Assembly: GCF_009914755.1 (NCBI RefSeq)
Contig: NC_060946.1
Source: the human T2T-CHM13v2.0 reference genome, Homo sapiens
Strand: one strand, 5' to 3'
Length of the DNA: 64,000 bases
Position numbers and translations under genes: made by a program
Notes under the pieces: model-generated
What the model was told of the DNA's origin: nothing
The model's input: the letters and a program-made list of their open reading frames with translations, nothing else
Database searches by the model: none
Part shown: piece by piece, positions 38,641 through 54,104 of the stretch
How the letters are laid out: each line of letters begins with the position of its first letter
Position numbering within the stretch: the first letter of the stretch is position 1

Positions 38641-39460
38641 AATGTTTATACTTACAAACAACTCCTAGTGAACAACCCAGGTTTTGGAAACAACTTTCAG
38701 AGATCCCTTCAGCCTGTTTCATGTTTTCTTTTTGTTCTTCTCTTCCAAGGGCATGCGGTTAGCCTTTGGTTACGGAGGCCTTTGCCCTTGCAAAAAAAGT
38801 AATTTTCAGCCCTGTTCCCAGCACCAGCCGCTCGCAGCTGCACAGCCCTCCCTGAATGTGTGAACCAAAAGTCAGGGTTCCAAGAAGAAAGAGCATCCGC
38901 CACCCCCAACCCTACCCCAGGTCTTGTAGAGTATAAGACCGAGGTTCCCAGCCCTGAGATACTGGGAGGCATCAGGCAAGCCGATAGCCCCCTCCACTCC
39001 CAGTCACCAGCACTCACCCCACAGGCTAACGGTCCAAGCAGAACTCTCTGGCAGCTGATGGTGGGTTTAGAGAGTTTAGCTGATGTGAGAGTCGGGACCC
39101 TGGGCAGTGTTTGCGACAGAAATGACAGTAGACACCCAGTGTTGCAGAACCCCAGATCTGGAAGGACTTCGGAGATTACCCAGACCAACTACCCCCCTTC
39201 TTGTTTTACAGTTGGGCAAATTGAGGCCCAGAAAGGGGAAAGAGATGGGGCTAAGATGTGTCACCAGCTGGTGGTAGAGCCTAGATGGGACCATAGCGCT
39301 GTGCCTCCTATTCAGGTGCTGGTCACCCCACTCTTTCATCTGTGGAATTATCTGTATGATCAAGTTTGGGGCTGGGGGCAGGACAACCATGGTTAGGCAG
39401 GGGCCACTGACGCCAGACTGCCAGCGTTCAAATACTTACTTCTAAGTGAAGTTCTTCTCA

Positions 39461-40383
<923 letters not shown>

Positions 40384-40391
<8 letters not shown>

Positions 40392-40540
40392 AGGGGTGTT
40401 GAGAATGAGGATGAGGACAGGGTGATAATAATGATGGTGGTGGTGATGCTGATGGTGGTTATATACATGAATACCGGGGTGTTGAGGATGAGGATGAAGA
40501 CAATGATGGTGATGGTGATGCTGATGGTGGTTATATTCAC
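40384..40540. repeat. Imperfect ~75-85-bp tandem duplication with (GAT/GGT)n content
   Basis: 'atgaatac(a/c)ggggtgttgag...gatgctgatggtggttatat' occurs twice. Confidence 0.75.
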
Positions 40541-40896
40541 TTGCTAGAGCCGCCTCACAGTTCCAGAGGCCCGAGGTCCACTGTAAGGGTGTGGGCAGGG
40601 CCATGTTGCCTCTTAAGTCCCCGGGGAAGCCTCGGTCCCAGGCCTTACTCCAGCTTCTGGCAGCCTTGGCATGTGACTGCGTCACTCCTGTCCTCCGGTC
40701 CTCCCATCCTCCCGCCCTCCGTCTTCTCATCATCTTCACTCTGCATGTCTGTTCACCTTTCCCCTTTTTCTAGGAACCTCAGTCTTACTGGATTAGGGCT
40801 CCCCAATGACCTCACCTTAACCTGGTTACGTTACCTCTGTAAAGACCACACGAAGCCACATTCTGAGGGACTGGGCTTAGGACTTGAACCTAACAT

Positions 40897-41242
<346 letters not shown>

Positions 41243-42722
41243 TGACAGTGGTGATGATGGAGGTGATGGTGGTTGGTCATGGAGGTGATGATTGTAGTCA
41301 TGGAGATGACAGTGACTGCCATGGTGATGGTCCTAGGCCTCAGCCCTGGACCCCTAAACCCTGCAGGTGCTCCTTGGGCTGCAGTGGTCAGTTCATAGTC
41401 TCTCTGGGGGTCCGGAGTCTGTTCTCTGCAATGGAGAGCAGAGTTGGATTGTCAACTGAAGGAGCAGAGAGATGAGAAAGATGATCCCAGGATGCTATTG
41501 CCAAGTTAGTGTCCTTTCTGCACCCTTCTGAAGCTCTGCCAGACCAGCCACCAGCGGTGAGGTCTGGGCTAGCCCTCTAATCTCTGCCAGCCACTGGTTG
41601 AGACCTGGGTTTGTGGAGGGAGCGGCTCAGCCCCAGGCCTCTGGGAGTTTGGGATGGCACCCGGTGGAGACATGGGAGCCCAGCCGCCTCAGCCAGGAAG
41701 GCGTGCATCAGGGCGAGTGGACTGTGAGGCTGGGGCAGGTATGGGTGAGAGAGCTCTTCCTGCTCCTCCGCACCTGACTTTTCCCTGTCATGTGCAAGCC
41801 CTTGCTATTTTTATACACAGCTAAGTCAGTGCTTGTCTCTGGCCCCTCCTTGCTGCCAGAAACCTCCTGGAGGGTAGGGACCACGATCCGCACGTCTTTG
41901 AGTTGCCCAGAGCATGAGCAGGTCCTCCACAAATGCAGAGTGAGTCTGGACCGTATTTTCTGGAAGAACAGCAAGTACCTCCCTTCTCCCTCCATCTGGG
42001 CACCATGGAGATAAGATCGGGGAGGCCAGCTGTTTTTGGATGGGATCTTTCTCTACCAGGCCCTGGGCTACCCAAGGAAGCTGGGCAGAACCACAGAGTC
42101 AGCCTGGCCTGGCCTTTCTTCTGGAGTCCACGGACCGTGGTAACCGTGGCAGCAGGAAGACAGAGCCCGGAGGACAGAAAGCCCACTGGTCTTTGGTCTT
42201 TGACGGAAGCCAGGCAGGAGCAGGCCACTGTTTGTTGTTGTTTTTTTCTTATTAGACATAATTACATCAACCCTATCCTCAATCTCTCTTCCTCTAGCTT
42301 TTGCCAAGCAATAGTGGTAATAATAGTCATAGTTAGCATTCCTTCTTTTGTTCAATCAATATTTATGAGCACAGACTCTTGCCAGGCACTCTTCCATGCA
42401 CCAGGAGACATTGAACAGCAAAGCCAAGTTCCAGCTTTTTCAAGGCTGACCTTCTGGGAAAGAGACAAAGAACCAGGAAACCAACGCTAGGATCCAGGGA
42501 GCAAGGTGAGGGGCTAGAGCAGAGAACAAGAGGGCTGAAATTTGGACAAGGAGCCCAGGGAGGCGAGGAGATGCCACTGGAGCCGAGACCTGGGTGGAGG
42601 GAGGGAGTGAGGCCTGCAGGGAGCCTGGAGCAGCAGGTGCCATGGCCCTGGGGTGGGTGCCCGGCATCCTGACCCTAAGGACACCTGAAGCCAAGGAGGG
42701 TGAGGGCAGGGGCGAGCCCACG

Positions 42723-42724
<2 letters not shown>

Positions 42725-42765
<41 letters not shown>

Positions 42766-43047
42766 CTGAGACAAGGCCTTGCTCTGTCACCCAGGCTGGA
42801 GTGCAGCGGTGTGATCTTGCTCCCTGCATCTTCAACCTCCTGGGCTCAAGCAATCCTCCCACCTCAGCCTCCGGAGTAGTTGGGACTAGAGGCACATGTC
42901 ACCACACCTGGCTAATTTTTGTATTTTTTGTAGAGATGAGGTCTCGCCATGTTGCCCAGGCTGGTCTCGAACTCCTGGACTCAAGCGATCCACTCAACTT
43001 GGCCTCCCAAAGTACTGGGATTATAGGCGCGAGCCCCAGCGCCCGGC
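42725..43047 (-). mobile_element. AluJ-like element with a (TG)n tail
   Basis: (TG)n 42725-42763 followed by a minus-strand Alu. Confidence 0.85.
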
Positions 43048-45427
43048 TTGATTTGTATTTTTAAACAATCTCTCTGGTTTCTGAGTGAGAATAGACTGAA
43101 GCGGCCGAGGGAAGCTGGGGAAACTGATCACAATTCTCAGCTGGGAGCTGATAGAGCCCAGAGGGGAGATGGCGGTGGCCTGGTTGGGGACGGCAGCAGT
43201 GGAGATGATAATGGCTGGGTTTTGGATATATTTTAAGTAGAGCCATCAGGATTTGTGAAAGGATCAGATGCAGATGTGGAAGAAAGAAAAATATCAAGCC
43301 TGACTCCTGGGCCATCGACAGTGGGAGGTGCCATTTCCTGGGATGAGGAAGACCACAAGAGAAGCTGGGGTGGGGCTGGGGTTTGGGGGAATCACTGTAC
43401 CTCCATGGCCTTCTCGAAGCCTCACACTGAGTGTCTTGTGAGACCAGTCCTCGCTCCCTGCTTTGGTTCACTTCCTCTTTATGCTTCCCCCTGGCCTGGC
43501 TTGCCTCCTCTTTGTGTCTGGTTTCTGTGGATGTTCAGCCCGACGGCCACTCCCTGGCACTGCCAGTCCATCTCTCTCCCCTCCCCTCTTACTCCCCCCC
43601 AAAACATCCCCTCTTACCTGCCCCCCCAAAACATCCCCTCTTACCCGACCCCCTCCAAAACATCCTGTGGATGCTGTCCCTCCGCCAGGAATACCGTTCC
43701 CACTGCTCTTTGCACCGCTGCTCCTGAGACCTCATCAAGAGCTGGGATTTGCTCAGTTATGCCCAAAAATCTCACGTGATATTCTTATGTTACACACTTG
43801 CAGATATTGAATACTCCCTGAAACCATTTAATCCACATAACCACCCCGTGAGGTAGGCACTACGATCATCCCCATTTTATCGATGAGGAAACTGAGGCCC
43901 AGATAGGTTAAATAATTTGCCCAAGGGTCAGAGCTGGTGAGGATGTGAACCCAGGCAGTCTAATCCCAAAATTGATGCTCTTGTTTGTTCATCCATTCAT
44001 TCACCATCGCATGCCCTGTGCGCTAGGCTTTGCTCTAAGCTCTGGTACCTTCCATGGAGTACACCATGAGGGCACTGGGGAGGCAATGGTAGGCAGGGCA
44101 GCCCAGGCTGAACCTGCATGGAGCTAACTTTCCAAGGAGACAGGCAGGTGACCTGCAAAGAGAAACACAGTGATGTGAGAAATGCACACTGGCGGGGCTA
44201 AGGGCTAAGTGCAAAGGCAGAAGGGAGTCACAGGGCACACTCAGCAGGGAGGCGAGGCTGCCTCGGAGGAGGGGAGGGGTCTCAGGAGCAGCCATGCAAA
44301 AAGCAGTGGGAATGGCATTCGCAGCGGAGGGAACGGCCTATGCAAAGGATCTCTTGGTGGGAGAGTGAGTAGGGAGGACACAGTGATCCACTGGCAGTGC
44401 CAGGGAATGGCGGGGGGCTGAGCCAAGGAAACCACAGCAGGGAGTGAGGGCACTGGTCTCACAAGGCCCTCAGCCTGAGGCTTTGAGAAAGACATTGAGG
44501 TACCGTGACCCCCAAACCTGACACATCCAGTTCTGGCCCCGACCCCAGTGCAAACCAGGAGAAAGACCGCCAAGACAACATCCTGTTGCACAAGAGGGCC
44601 CCGGCCCACACAGGGTGGGGAGGCTCAGCCCCCAGCCCTGCTCCCTTTTCTATTGAAAGCATCAGGACTTGAACCCAGGGCTGACTTCACAGCCACAGCT
44701 GGAGACTGTCCCATCCCCAGGCTGGCTATCAATGAGCAGGTCAGCATCTGCCCTCTGTCCACGTCTAGAAAGGGCCAGGTGGAGCTGGTGTTCTCAGGCC
44801 ACAAGCCCCAGCTGCCCCAGAGGTCATTCATTCATTCACTCACTCACTCATTCACCTGACAGCTGTTGGTGAATACGTCAATGTCCCAGGCACCCTACCC
44901 CCTGCTGAGGATGCAGCAGAGAATGAGACAAGATCCCGTCCCTCAAGGAGCTGACATTCTGCTGGGGGGAGCCTGAGGATTAATAAACAAGTATAAAATC
45001 AGTAGAGGTACAAGTACCATGAGGAGGAAGGGGGTGGAGACAGGAGAAAGACCGGCTTTGCTGTTAGAGCTGAGACAGACCCCGACTTTGGGGACAGCAC
45101 TCTGAGGATGCCCCTGTGGCCTCAGGTCTTTCCAGTCCACCCTGTCCCCTGCTCATGGAGGTGCAGTGACCCCCTTACTCCCCACACTCTGCCTCCCTTG
45201 GAGCCCCTGCCCCTCCCTCCTTGGTTGGCTTCCAATCTTGGGGCAAAGCCAGATCTCTGAGGGAGCAGAGCACCCTCCCAATGTCCAGGGGTCTGTGTCA
45301 GAGCTGGGGAGGGGCTGGGCCCTGCTCACAGTGGGAGGGCCCCCCCTAGCCCTGGGGAGGGTGCAGGCTCCATCCCCCCTTTGCTCCCCCACCCCATCTT
45401 CTGCTGGGCACAGAAAGCTGGGGAATA

Positions 45428-45731
<304 letters not shown>

Positions 45732-46989
45732 AGAAAGCTGGGGAACAGGGCCCCTGAGCTCTGGGCCCTGGAGCAGAAACTTCAGGTGGGCTGAGGGCAG
45801 AGGGAAGGGCTGAATACCTAAAGACTTGCCTAGCAGATAAAACAGCAAATAACCCCCACTCCCATTTCAACCTCAGCACTTGCTGAGCTCAGAGCATTCC
45901 AGGGTGATCTTAGCGCAGCCTCACACCTGGAAGGGTTGTGCTGTTGTTATCCCCATTTTATGGAGGAAGAAACAGAGGCTCCGTGGGTCCAGAAATTCAC
46001 CCAGACTCCAACGCAGGGCCGATGACACTCAGCGGGCATCAGCAGAATGGCTGAGAGCCCCAGGCATCCAGTGAGAGGCCCCAATACCTGACTCACTCAG
46101 GCCCACCCTCCACCAGACAGAACTCCCCAAACCCAAAACATCCAGTGCGGGCTCTGACCCCAGTGCAAACCCAGAGAAAGGCTGCCAAGACCAGACTCTG
46201 CTGCAGAGGAAGGCCTGGGCCCACATGGGGTGAGGAGGCTCACCCCCAGCTCTGCCCCCTTCTTGTACTGAAAGTATCAGGACTTGAACCCAGGGCTGAC
46301 TCTACAGCCACACCTGGAAGCACCGGGCAGTCACACCCCCAGGCTGGCTATATGGAGGCCCCACTGGGTCCTGAGGGCAGGTGGCTGTATCATCCCCTTA
46401 GGGAGGGAGAGGGGGTCAGTCACCCCTCAAAGTTGCACAGCTAGTGAATGGGGGTGAGATTCAAACCCAGGACTGTCGGGCTCCTACCAGCACCTAGAGA
46501 GCAGTGGGGAAGAGGGCCCGAGAACTCTGGCGAGGAGGCTCCCCACATCCATGGCGGCGCTAGACCCAGACGTGGAGGCTCGGTCACCTCTGAGGCTGCA
46601 CACAGTGGTCCTGGTGCAGGACCCATGGCCACCTGGCCGCCCTCAGATCCTGTGCTGAGTGGCCGTCTCTGCTGCCCCTGCCCTGACCCAACCCCTCTGC
46701 TCTCAGGGCTGTGCCCACTTCCAGATCCCTGCCCTGGGACCAGCACTGGTCGGGCACGCTGGGGATTCCTGCCAGAATTCTGGAAGCTTGGGCCCCATCA
46801 AGGCGGTCTCTTGCCCCTGAGACTCAGAAGATGGAGCCACAGGACCAGGGGAGCCCGCCCAGCCTGGAACCCCACCCCACCATGAGGCGCCTGCAGGCCT
46901 GGGGACATTGGGGCTGGGCAAGGGGTCCCCTTCCTCTGCCTCCTCCTGGGGCCAGGCTCTGACCCTCCACTGCTGCCGTAACAACTGCA

Positions 46990-47118
46990 CGGGCTGCGTG
47001 TATGAGCTGCGTGTGTGGGCTGCGTGTATGGACTGCGTGTATGGACTGTGTGTATGAGCTGCGTGTATGGGCTGCGTGTATGGGCTGCCTGTGTGGGCTG
47101 CGTGTATGGGCTGCGTGT
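46990..47118. repeat. 13-bp minisatellite (GGGCTGCGTGTAT)n, about 10 copies
   Basis: Direct inspection. Confidence 0.9.
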
Positions 47119-49204
47119 CTGCACCAGCCCCTGCCTGTGCCTCCGTGTGTCTTTGCACGTGTGTGCATGTGCGCATGTTGGGGTGAGCAGAAACAGCAGG
47201 ACAGGAGAGGGAGGGAGAGAGGGGAGATGCAGGCAGCAGAGGGCTGGGGTGACACAGAGACTGTGCTGGAAATGCACAGAGAGCAGGGGACATGCCATAG
47301 CTGGGGGGAGAGGCCCTCGGAGAGAGGGATGACAGACAGGATGGAGGGGTCCCAGCCAGGAGCCAGTCCAGGTGGCAGAATCAGGAAAGCAGAGGCCTGA
47401 GGGAGAGAAAAGGAAAAGGAGAGAGGAGAGGGGAGGAGGAGGGAAGCTGAGTCCAGACCGCAGCAGGGGGCCCAGAGAGTGGGGCAGACAGAGGGTCTTG
47501 GATGGGATGAGGAGGACAAAGCCAGCATGTGGTGTGGGGCACAGGCAGCACCTTCTCCACCAGCCATCCTGAGTCAGCCCCACAGAAAAGCCCGGGGGTC
47601 AGGAGCAGGTGGGGAAGCAAAGCGGGGCGGGGGCTCCCTCACTCCCAGCCCCATCCTGACCTGGGGAGAGGACAGGCATGAGACCAGCCTCGGAAAGAGA
47701 TGGTGGAGTCCCCCAAGGCTGCAAGTTCCTCACACTTAGCCCCAAACACCTCTTCTCTGCACCAGCTGGGGCTGTGTGACCTTGGGCAGAGGACGCTGCC
47801 TCTCTGGGTCTCTGAGCCCCGGGAAGGTATCAAGCCTGGTGCCTGCGTGAAGGCTCAGCGAGGTGAGACCTGGGTCCTGTTCAGGTGGGTCTGCTGGCAG
47901 CGCCCGAGGTGCTGGGCAGGTGCCTCCTTTATCACCAGGGAGAGTGAAATAGGGCCCGAGGTACGTAGTTGCTGTGACCTGAGCAGAGAAATGTGCAAAC
48001 TGTAAAGTGCTGAGGACAACAGGTTGCTTATTTTAAGTGATATTCACAAAGATCAATTCAGGTTCGTGCCAGATGGGGGAAGAGGGAGGGAGGTGCGTTG
48101 AGAAGAAATCTCTGAAGACCCGGGTTGGAGGGGCAGAGACAGCCTGGGGAAGGAGCAGGGCTGTGCTGGCCCCCTCCCAGGCCGCATGGAGGTCCCACCA
48201 GAGCCAGGCTGGACCCCTGGGAGTCCCAGAAAGCCATGAGCATCAGTGTGGGCCCTGCAGAAGGTTTGCCTTGGAGACGTGGGCTCCAGGAACCCCCTCA
48301 GCCCCAGAATCCCCTCACAATGCCCCCACCTGATTCCCCCCACCCTGTTGTCCAGGGGGAGGCTGCCGAGGGCAGAGAAAAATAGGGGATGGGGGAGAGA
48401 AGCTGGGGTCCCCACATTCCAACTTGGGGTTTTTTCCATTCCCTAAAAGCAGGCAGAATGGTGTCAGGAGAGGAGAGAAAAGGGGGAGAGAGAAAAGGAA
48501 GAGGTGGAAAAAGGAAGGCAGGGAAGGAGAGGAACAAATGGAGAAGGATTGGAACCTTGAGAGAGGCTGCCCAAGGAAAGGGCTAAATGAGAAGAGAAGG
48601 GAGGGGAAGGCAGTGAGAGGCTCCCTGTCTTCCAGAGACAAAGGCTGAGGAGGAAGGAGAGGAGGGGGAGCAGGTGAGGGAGGCCAGATAGCGGCAGGCC
48701 TAGACACAGAGCCGGGGCCCCAGACCCAGGCAGGCGAGAGACCAGCCTCCATCCAGCCGAGGCCCCAGCGGCGGAAGAGGGGAGTGCACTAGCAACTTAA
48801 GAGGGAAAAGTCTGCCAGTTGCCCTTGGGGCTGCCATGACAGAAAAAACCTCATCCAGGTGTCAGAGAGTAGCCTGCACACGAATGCACAGCAGTGAGCT
48901 ACAAATACTGGCTTGAGAGGGAAGAGGGCGAAGGAGGGAGGATGGGGAGGGAGGGTGCAGGAAAGAAGAGGAGGAGAGTTGGTGGGGAGTTGAGGAGCAG
49001 GGCTGCGGGTCCAGGCTCAGGTAGCCTCAGTTTTGCAGAGGCGCAGATACAGAGAGATGACTGCTTTGGGAGCTGCAAACCACTGGGCCCCGTGACCCCA
49101 CTCATGGATAGGGGCAAGGTGGGGAGGAAAGAACTGGAGAGAGAAAAGGGGAGAGGGAGGGACCGAGAGAACCTCAGAAACAGGGAGATCTCGAGAGCAG
49201 AGCT

Positions 49205-49412
49205 GTGAAGGGCAGGGCTGGGGAGGAGGGTGGGGAGATGAGGAAGGGAAGGCAGGAGGGAGAGGGGAGAGGGACGGAAGGAGAGAAGGACGGAAAGAGG
49301 GAGATAAGGAGCGGGAGGGACAAGGGAGGGAAGGGCAGGAAGAGGGCAGGACAGGGAGGAAGAAGGGAGGGAGGAAGGGCAGGAGAAAGGGGGGTGGGGG
49401 AGGGGTGGAAAA
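49205..49412 (+). repeat. G/A-rich polypurine low-complexity tract
   Basis: Almost only G and A, with many GGG runs. Confidence 0.85.
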
Positions 49413-51292
49413 GTGTCCCTGGGGCTCTGAGGCACAGACCACCAAGGGACTCAGCACCTAAGCTGGTCTCCTCCCACCCCTTGCCCCCTCCCACCCCCTT
49501 GCTCCACTACTGGATCCTGGGGAGTCTGGCAGGGGCTGTCAGGGTTAAGCAGTGGGCTCCCCTTCCAGGCCTGCTCCAGACAGCAGCCCCCACCCTCCCT
49601 TTGTTCACGTCACTGGAAGGGTGGGCCTAGGCTGGGGCCTGGCTCCTTGGAGAAGACCCACCAGTGATCTAGCAGGGCCCAGAGCCAGGGCTGGGCCTGG
49701 ACATTCCAAGTCAATTCAGGACTCAGAGCACCCCAGAGGGGAAGGGACCTGGGTTGTCCCCTGGAGTCACTAGCATCTGCGGCGAAACTCCCCCCGCCCC
49801 CACTGGTCTGCCCTGGATCCTAAGGGTAGAGGGACAGCGTGGCGGGAAGTAGCCCACTCCACCTGGGCAGGAACAAACCCACAGCCACCCGAGGAAGAGA
49901 GAATGCTGGCAGGATAGTCATGGAGCGGGGGCTCAGGAAGGCCTCTTTGAGGAGACAGTCTTAACACCTGAGAGCTGAGAAGAATTCAGCCTCACAAAAC
50001 CCAGAGACGTGGCCCTCAAGAGGGAGATGGGGCTGGGAGACATGGTGGAGTGGCCAGGCCGGGAGTGGCTGCAGGGTTTGAGCCTGGGCCCAGCAGGTCT
50101 GGCAGGTCACCCCAGGGGTCTCCTGCTTGCTCCTGAGCCAGTGTCTGTGAGAGCTGGGTGGCAAGGCCAGCGGGAGGCTGAGGGACCCAGGGCCCGGGCA
50201 TGTGGGAAGCGAGGGCGGCCTCTCCTTGGTTCCTCGGCAGCCTGGACCCTCACCCCCTGCAAGGTCCTGGTGGCCACCGCTTGCAGGGCCGTCCCTCTGG
50301 GAGTGGGCAGGGGGGCTGGGGGACACTGGGAAGACCTTCACCCCTCCGAAGGCAAGGCCTGGTCACGTTCATCCTCCATCCCTTTCCCGCCTGGACTCCT
50401 CCTGTGTGCTGGGAGCACTTGGCCGTGTGAGAACAGGGCAGCATGGTGGACGGGCCAGCATGGCACGGCGAGGTCTGAGCCCCTGGCTACTCTCCCCAGC
50501 CCTGAGAACTCAGGCTGCTCCGTAAGCTCTGTGGGCCTCAGGCTCCTGGTCGCTAGAATGGAGCCACAGGCAGGCTACCCAGAAGTGAGATGCCTGCCAA
50601 AAAGCCGTGTGCCCAGCCCAGAGCCAAGACTTGGTCCATCGAGCCCCAGCTCAAAAGCCCTATGAGAGGCCGGCCCTGAGCACCGTCCCTGTCCCTGTGT
50701 GCCACTTCAGTCACAATTCAGCAGCTCGCAGCCGCCCACTGAGGCTGAGCCTCTGTTCAAATTTGCCTCGATGTTTGCTGGTCACTGATTCAGGTCTTCG
50801 GGCCTCAGCTTCCTTACCCACAAACTGGGGGCGGCCTCTGGGGGCTGTTGTAAGGGGAGCTGGAGGCCACAGGCTCTGGCCTGGAGCACTTCGCTCTCCA
50901 CCACTGTCTTCTCCTGACGTCTGTGTTTCCTCGTATCTCATGGTACCGCGTCTCCTCCGCAGGACCTGTGTGTCCTGTGTGACGCTGTGTGCCACCCACC
51001 ACATCTTCAGCCCCTGAGAAAGATTCTGGTGGTGGAGGCTGTTGAGTAAATGCTCACTTGAGCTTCTCCCACTACCTTGGAGCCCCTCTTCTATTTGTCT
51101 CCAAATTCTCTTTGCTGACAGAGTGCACAGTTCAAAACCCCACACTGGGATGAACTAGAGGACGCCCAGGTCCAGCTCAGGAGCAGCTTCATGTCCCCTC
51201 CACTGCTGTACCTCTAGGGCCTCCCTCTGCCACTGCCATCTACTAGGACATTCTTCCTGGGCCCCTGTGGGACAAGGACTGCCTTTGGCTAG

Positions 51293-52481
51293 TGTGGGGA
51301 AAAGAAAGAGAGATCAGACTGTTACTGTGTCTATGTAGAAAGAAATAGACATAAGAGACTCCATTTTGTTCTGTACTAAGAAAAATTCTTCTGCTTTGAG
51401 ATGCTGTTAATCTGTAACCCTAGCCCCAACCCTGTGCTCACAGAAACAGGTGCTGTGTTGACTCAAGGTTTAATGGATTCAGGGCTGTGCAGGATGTGCT
51501 TTGTTAAACAAATGCTTGAAGGCAGCAAGCTTGTTAAGAGTCATCACCACTCCCTAATCTCAAGTAAGCAGGGACACAAACACTGCGGAAGGCCGCAGGG
51601 ACCTCTGCCTAGGAAAGCCAGGTGTTGTCCAAGGTTTCTCCCCATGTGACAGTCTGAAATATGGCCTCTTGGGAAGGGAAAGACCTGACTGTCCCCTGGC
51701 CCGACACCCGTAAAGGGTCTGTGCTGAGGATTAGTAAAAGAGGAAGGAAGGCCTCTTTGCAGTTGAGATAAGAGGAAGGCATCTGTCTCCTGCTCATCCC
51801 TGGGCAATGGAATGTCTTGGTGTAAAGCCTGATTGTATATGCCATCTACTGAGATAGGAGAAAACTGCCTTAGGGCTGGAGGTGGGACATGCTGGCGGCA
51901 ATACTGCTCTTTAAGGCATTGAGATGTTTATGTATATGCACATCAAAAGCACAGCACTTTTTTCTTTACCTTGTTTATGATGCAGAGACATTTGTTCACA
52001 TGTTTTCCTGCTGGCCCTCTCCCCACTATTACCCTATTGTCCTGCCACATCCCCCTCTCCGAGATGGTAGAGATAATGATCAATAAATACTGAGGGAACT
52101 CAGAGACCGGTGCGGCGCGGGTCCTCCATATGCTGAGCGCCGGTCCCCTGGGCCCACTTTTCTTTCTCTATACTTTGTCTCTGTTGTCTTTCTTTTCTCA
52201 AGTCTCTCGTTCCACCTGAGGAGAAATGCCCACAGCTGTGGAGGCGCAGGCCACTCCATCTGGTGCCCAACGTGGATGCTTTTCTCTAGGGTGAAGGGAC
52301 TCTCGAGTGTGGTCATTGAGGACAAGTCAACGAGAGATTCCCGAGTACGTCTACAGTGAGCCTTGTGGTAAGCTTGGGCGCTCGGAAGAAGCCAGGGTTA
52401 ATGGGGCAAACTAAAAGTAAAGTCTCTCATTCCACCTGATGAGAAACACCCAGAGGTGTGGAGGGGCAGGCCACCCCTTCA
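51293..52481 (+). mobile_element. Internally deleted HERV-K(HML-2) provirus: LTR5_Hs-like 5' LTR (51293-52258), PBS, leader, gag start, then the last ~61 bp of a 3' LTR
   Basis: PBS TGGTGCCCAACGTGGATG (52261-52278); donor G|GTAAG (52367/52368); ATGGGGCAAACTAAAAGTAAA (52401) fused to AGTCTCTCATTCCACC...CCCCTTCA (52421-52481); flanks GGCTAG / GGGTAG. Confidence 0.88.
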
Positions 52482-52970
52482 GGGTAGGGTCCCCTCCATG
52501 CAGACCATAGAGCACAGGTGTGCCCCAAAGAGGAGCAGAGAGAAGGAGGGAGAGGGCCCACGAGAGACTTGGAAATGAATGGCAGGATTTTAGGCGCTGG
52601 ACTTGGGTTCGGGGCACCTGGCCTTTCCTTGTGTATTTCTCCTACTGTCTGCCTAACTATTTAATACAATAAAAGAAAACCAGCCCCTGGTTCTTGTGGT
52701 GTTTCCACCCTCCCGGGTCCCCGCTGGCTGCCTGGCTTCCTCCCGCAGCTCCTGCTGTGTGTGTATGTGTGTGTGTGTGCACATCTGTGGGGCGTATGTG
52801 TGTTCGTCTTTGTAATTGAGGCTGCAGAGTGGAGAGAGCAGGGGTTTTCTCTGGGGACCCAGAGAGAAGGAGGCGTTTTCACCACAGCCGAACAGGGCAG
52901 GACCCCAGCACCCGGGACCCAGCGGGACTTTGCCAAGGGGATGGACCTGGCTGGGCCACGCGGCTGTTTG

Positions 52971-53960
52971 TGTAGGGAAAAGAAAGAGAGATCACACTGT
53001 TACTGTGTCTATGTAGAAAAGGAAGACATAAACTCCATTTTGAGCTGTACTAAGAAAAATTATTTTGCCTTGACCTGCTGTTAACCTGTAACTGTAGCCC
53101 CAACCCTGTGCTCAAAGAAACATGTGCTGTATGGAATCAAGGTTTAAGGGATCAAGGGCTGTACAGGATGTGCCTTGTTAACAATGTGTTTACAGGCAGT
53201 ATGCTTGGTAAAAGTCATCGCCATTCTCCATTCTCCATTAATCAGGGGCACGATGCACTGCGGAAAGCCACAGGGACCTCTGCCCGAGAAAGCCTGGGTA
53301 TTGTCCAAGGCTTCCCCCCACTGAGACAGCCTGAGATACGGCCTCGTGGGAAGGGAAAGACCTGACCGTCCCCCAGCCCGACACCCGTAAAGGGTCTGTG
53401 CTGAGGAGGATTAGTAAAAGGGGAAGGCCTCTTGCAGTTGAGATAAGAGGAAGGCCTCCGTCTCCTGCATGTCCTTGGGAATGGAATGTCTTGGTGTAAA
53501 ACCCGATAGTACATTCCTTCTATTCTGAGAGAAGAAAACCACCCTGTGGCTGGAGGTGAGATATGCTAGCGGCAATGCTGCTCTGTTACTCTTTGCTACA
53601 CTGAGATGTTTGGGTGGAGAGAAGCATAAATCTGGCCTATGTGCACATCTGGGCACAGAACCTCCCCTTGAACTTGTGACACAGATTCCTTTGTTCACAT
53701 GTTTTCCTGCTGACCTTCTCCCCACTATCGCCCTGTTCTCCCACCGCATTCCCCTTGCTGAGATAGTGAAAATAGTAATCTGTAGATACCAAGGGAACTC
53801 AGAGACCATGGCCGGTGCACATCCTCCGTACGCTGAGCGCTGGTCCCCTGGGCCCATTGTTCTTTCTCTATACTTTGTCTCTGTGTCTTATTTCTTTCCT
53901 CAGTCTCTCATCCCTCCTGACGAGAAATACCCACAGGTGTGGAGGGGCTGGCCCCCTTCA
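52971..53960 (+). promoter_or_regulatory. 5' LTR of the provirus (LTR5B-like)
   Basis: TGTAGGGAAAAGAAAGAGAG...GCCCCCTTCA followed by a PBS. Confidence 0.93.
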
Positions 53961-54104
53961 TCTGATGCCCAATGTGGGTGCCTTTCTCTAGGGTGAAGGT
54001 ACTCTACAGTGTGGTCATTGAGGACAAGTTGACGAGAGAGTCCCAAGTACGTCCACGGTCAGCCTTGCGGTAAGCTTGTGTGCTTAGAGGAACCCAGGGT
54101 AACG

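Noticed and set aside
46990-47118. Short direct-repeat array as a CRISPR-like structure
   Set aside because: Head-to-tail minisatellite without unique spacers, in eukaryotic DNA.
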